A stretch of DNA of 6,919 nucleotides from Octopus sinensis. Its lineage: Eukaryota. Below are positions 6,338 through 6,919 of this stretch, piece after piece. The notes beneath the pieces are model-generated. The model worked only from the letters and a program-made list of their open reading frames with translations, was not told where the DNA came from and searched no databases. Location of the stretch: contig NW_021829204.1 of the NCBI RefSeq assembly GCF_006345805.1, positions 1-6,919 on the forward strand, in the 5' to 3' direction. The position numbers and the translations under genes are program-made. How positions within the stretch are numbered: position 1 is the first letter of the stretch; each line of letters starts with the position of its first letter.

Positions 6338-6770
6338 TTAAGTTGGGTATGACCACACAGCTATGCCTGTGCTTCACATAAACATGTATGACTTCTTAAG
6401 CTAGATATGAACCATCACTTTCTTCTCACAACTTACACCCCAAAGGGATTTGTTTCTCGACCCCATTTTATTATTTTTTTTAATTTTAATTTTTAAACTG
6501 CCTAACTGAGCTGCGTGATTTGGAACTGAGCTCTTCTTAGCCATTAACCACTCATCTATGCCTGTACTGAGTATAAACAATTTCCACAGTCTAATACAGA
6601 TATTAGGGTTAGGGTTAACATTTGACGATCATGGACAAAGCCCTGCCTTCCCCAGATTGAAAACAACCAGAAACTAGAAAATTCTTTGCCCCAAAACCAA
6701 TTGAGAATCTTTCTTTCTTTGATCTTTATTGATTACTCTTATGTTATTATATTAAGCATCTTTTACATTG

Positions 6771-6816
6771 ATGTTGCTGCTGCTGCTACTGCTGCTGCGA
6801 CTGCTTCTGCTGCTGT
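6771..6816. repeat. Degenerate (GCT)n
   Basis: gatgttgctgctgctgctactgctgctgcgactgcttctgctgctg. Confidence 0.8.
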
Positions 6817-6863
6817 TCCTAGTTAGCTCCAGGTCAGCCTTCATCCAGCAACATATGATCAAT

Positions 6864-6919
6864 ACATATATACATGCATACATACATACATACATACATA
6901 CTTATTTACGTACATATAT
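6864..6919. repeat. (TACA)n/(TA)n microsatellite
   Basis: Direct reading. Confidence 0.85.

Noticed and set aside
5874-6377. Overlapping ORFs of 63-167 aa (poly-E/G/M/P/L)
   Set aside because: They are low-complexity repeat translations that lack stops for compositional reasons; no domain is recognisable.
6603-6617. Interstitial telomeric repeat TTAGGGTTAGGGTTA
   Set aside because: Only 2.5 units; compatible with chance.
6817-6863. Possible decayed retroposon end next to (GCT)n (ctccaggtcagccttcatccagcaacatatgatcaa)
   Set aside because: It is too short and diverged to support from this window alone.

Overview
AT-rich, repeat-dense eukaryotic non-coding DNA with no intact gene. The SINE style and microsatellite load resemble an octopus-like cephalopod genome, but that is recall-based inference. 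Positions 1-1770 are a long (ATT)n tract split by several cassettes, including a 5'-truncated R4/Dong-type non-LTR retrotransposon encoding the C-terminus of a restriction-like endonuclease (RLE). Five copies of one ~400-bp tRNA/CORE-like SINE lie in orientation -,-,+,-,+. Also present: a probable pogo/Tigger-like MITE split by a SINE; a ~170-bp Penelope-like fragment carrying a minimal hammerhead-ribozyme-like fold with a variant core; two different non-autonomous Helitrons head-to-head 6 bp apart sharing a ~64-bp 3' end; a second SINE family with a clean target-site duplication (TSD); decayed SINE relics; and (GAT)n, polypurine, (GCT)n and (TACA)n tracts. Apart from the RLE fragment, the listed ORFs are low-complexity or repeat-derived artefacts.
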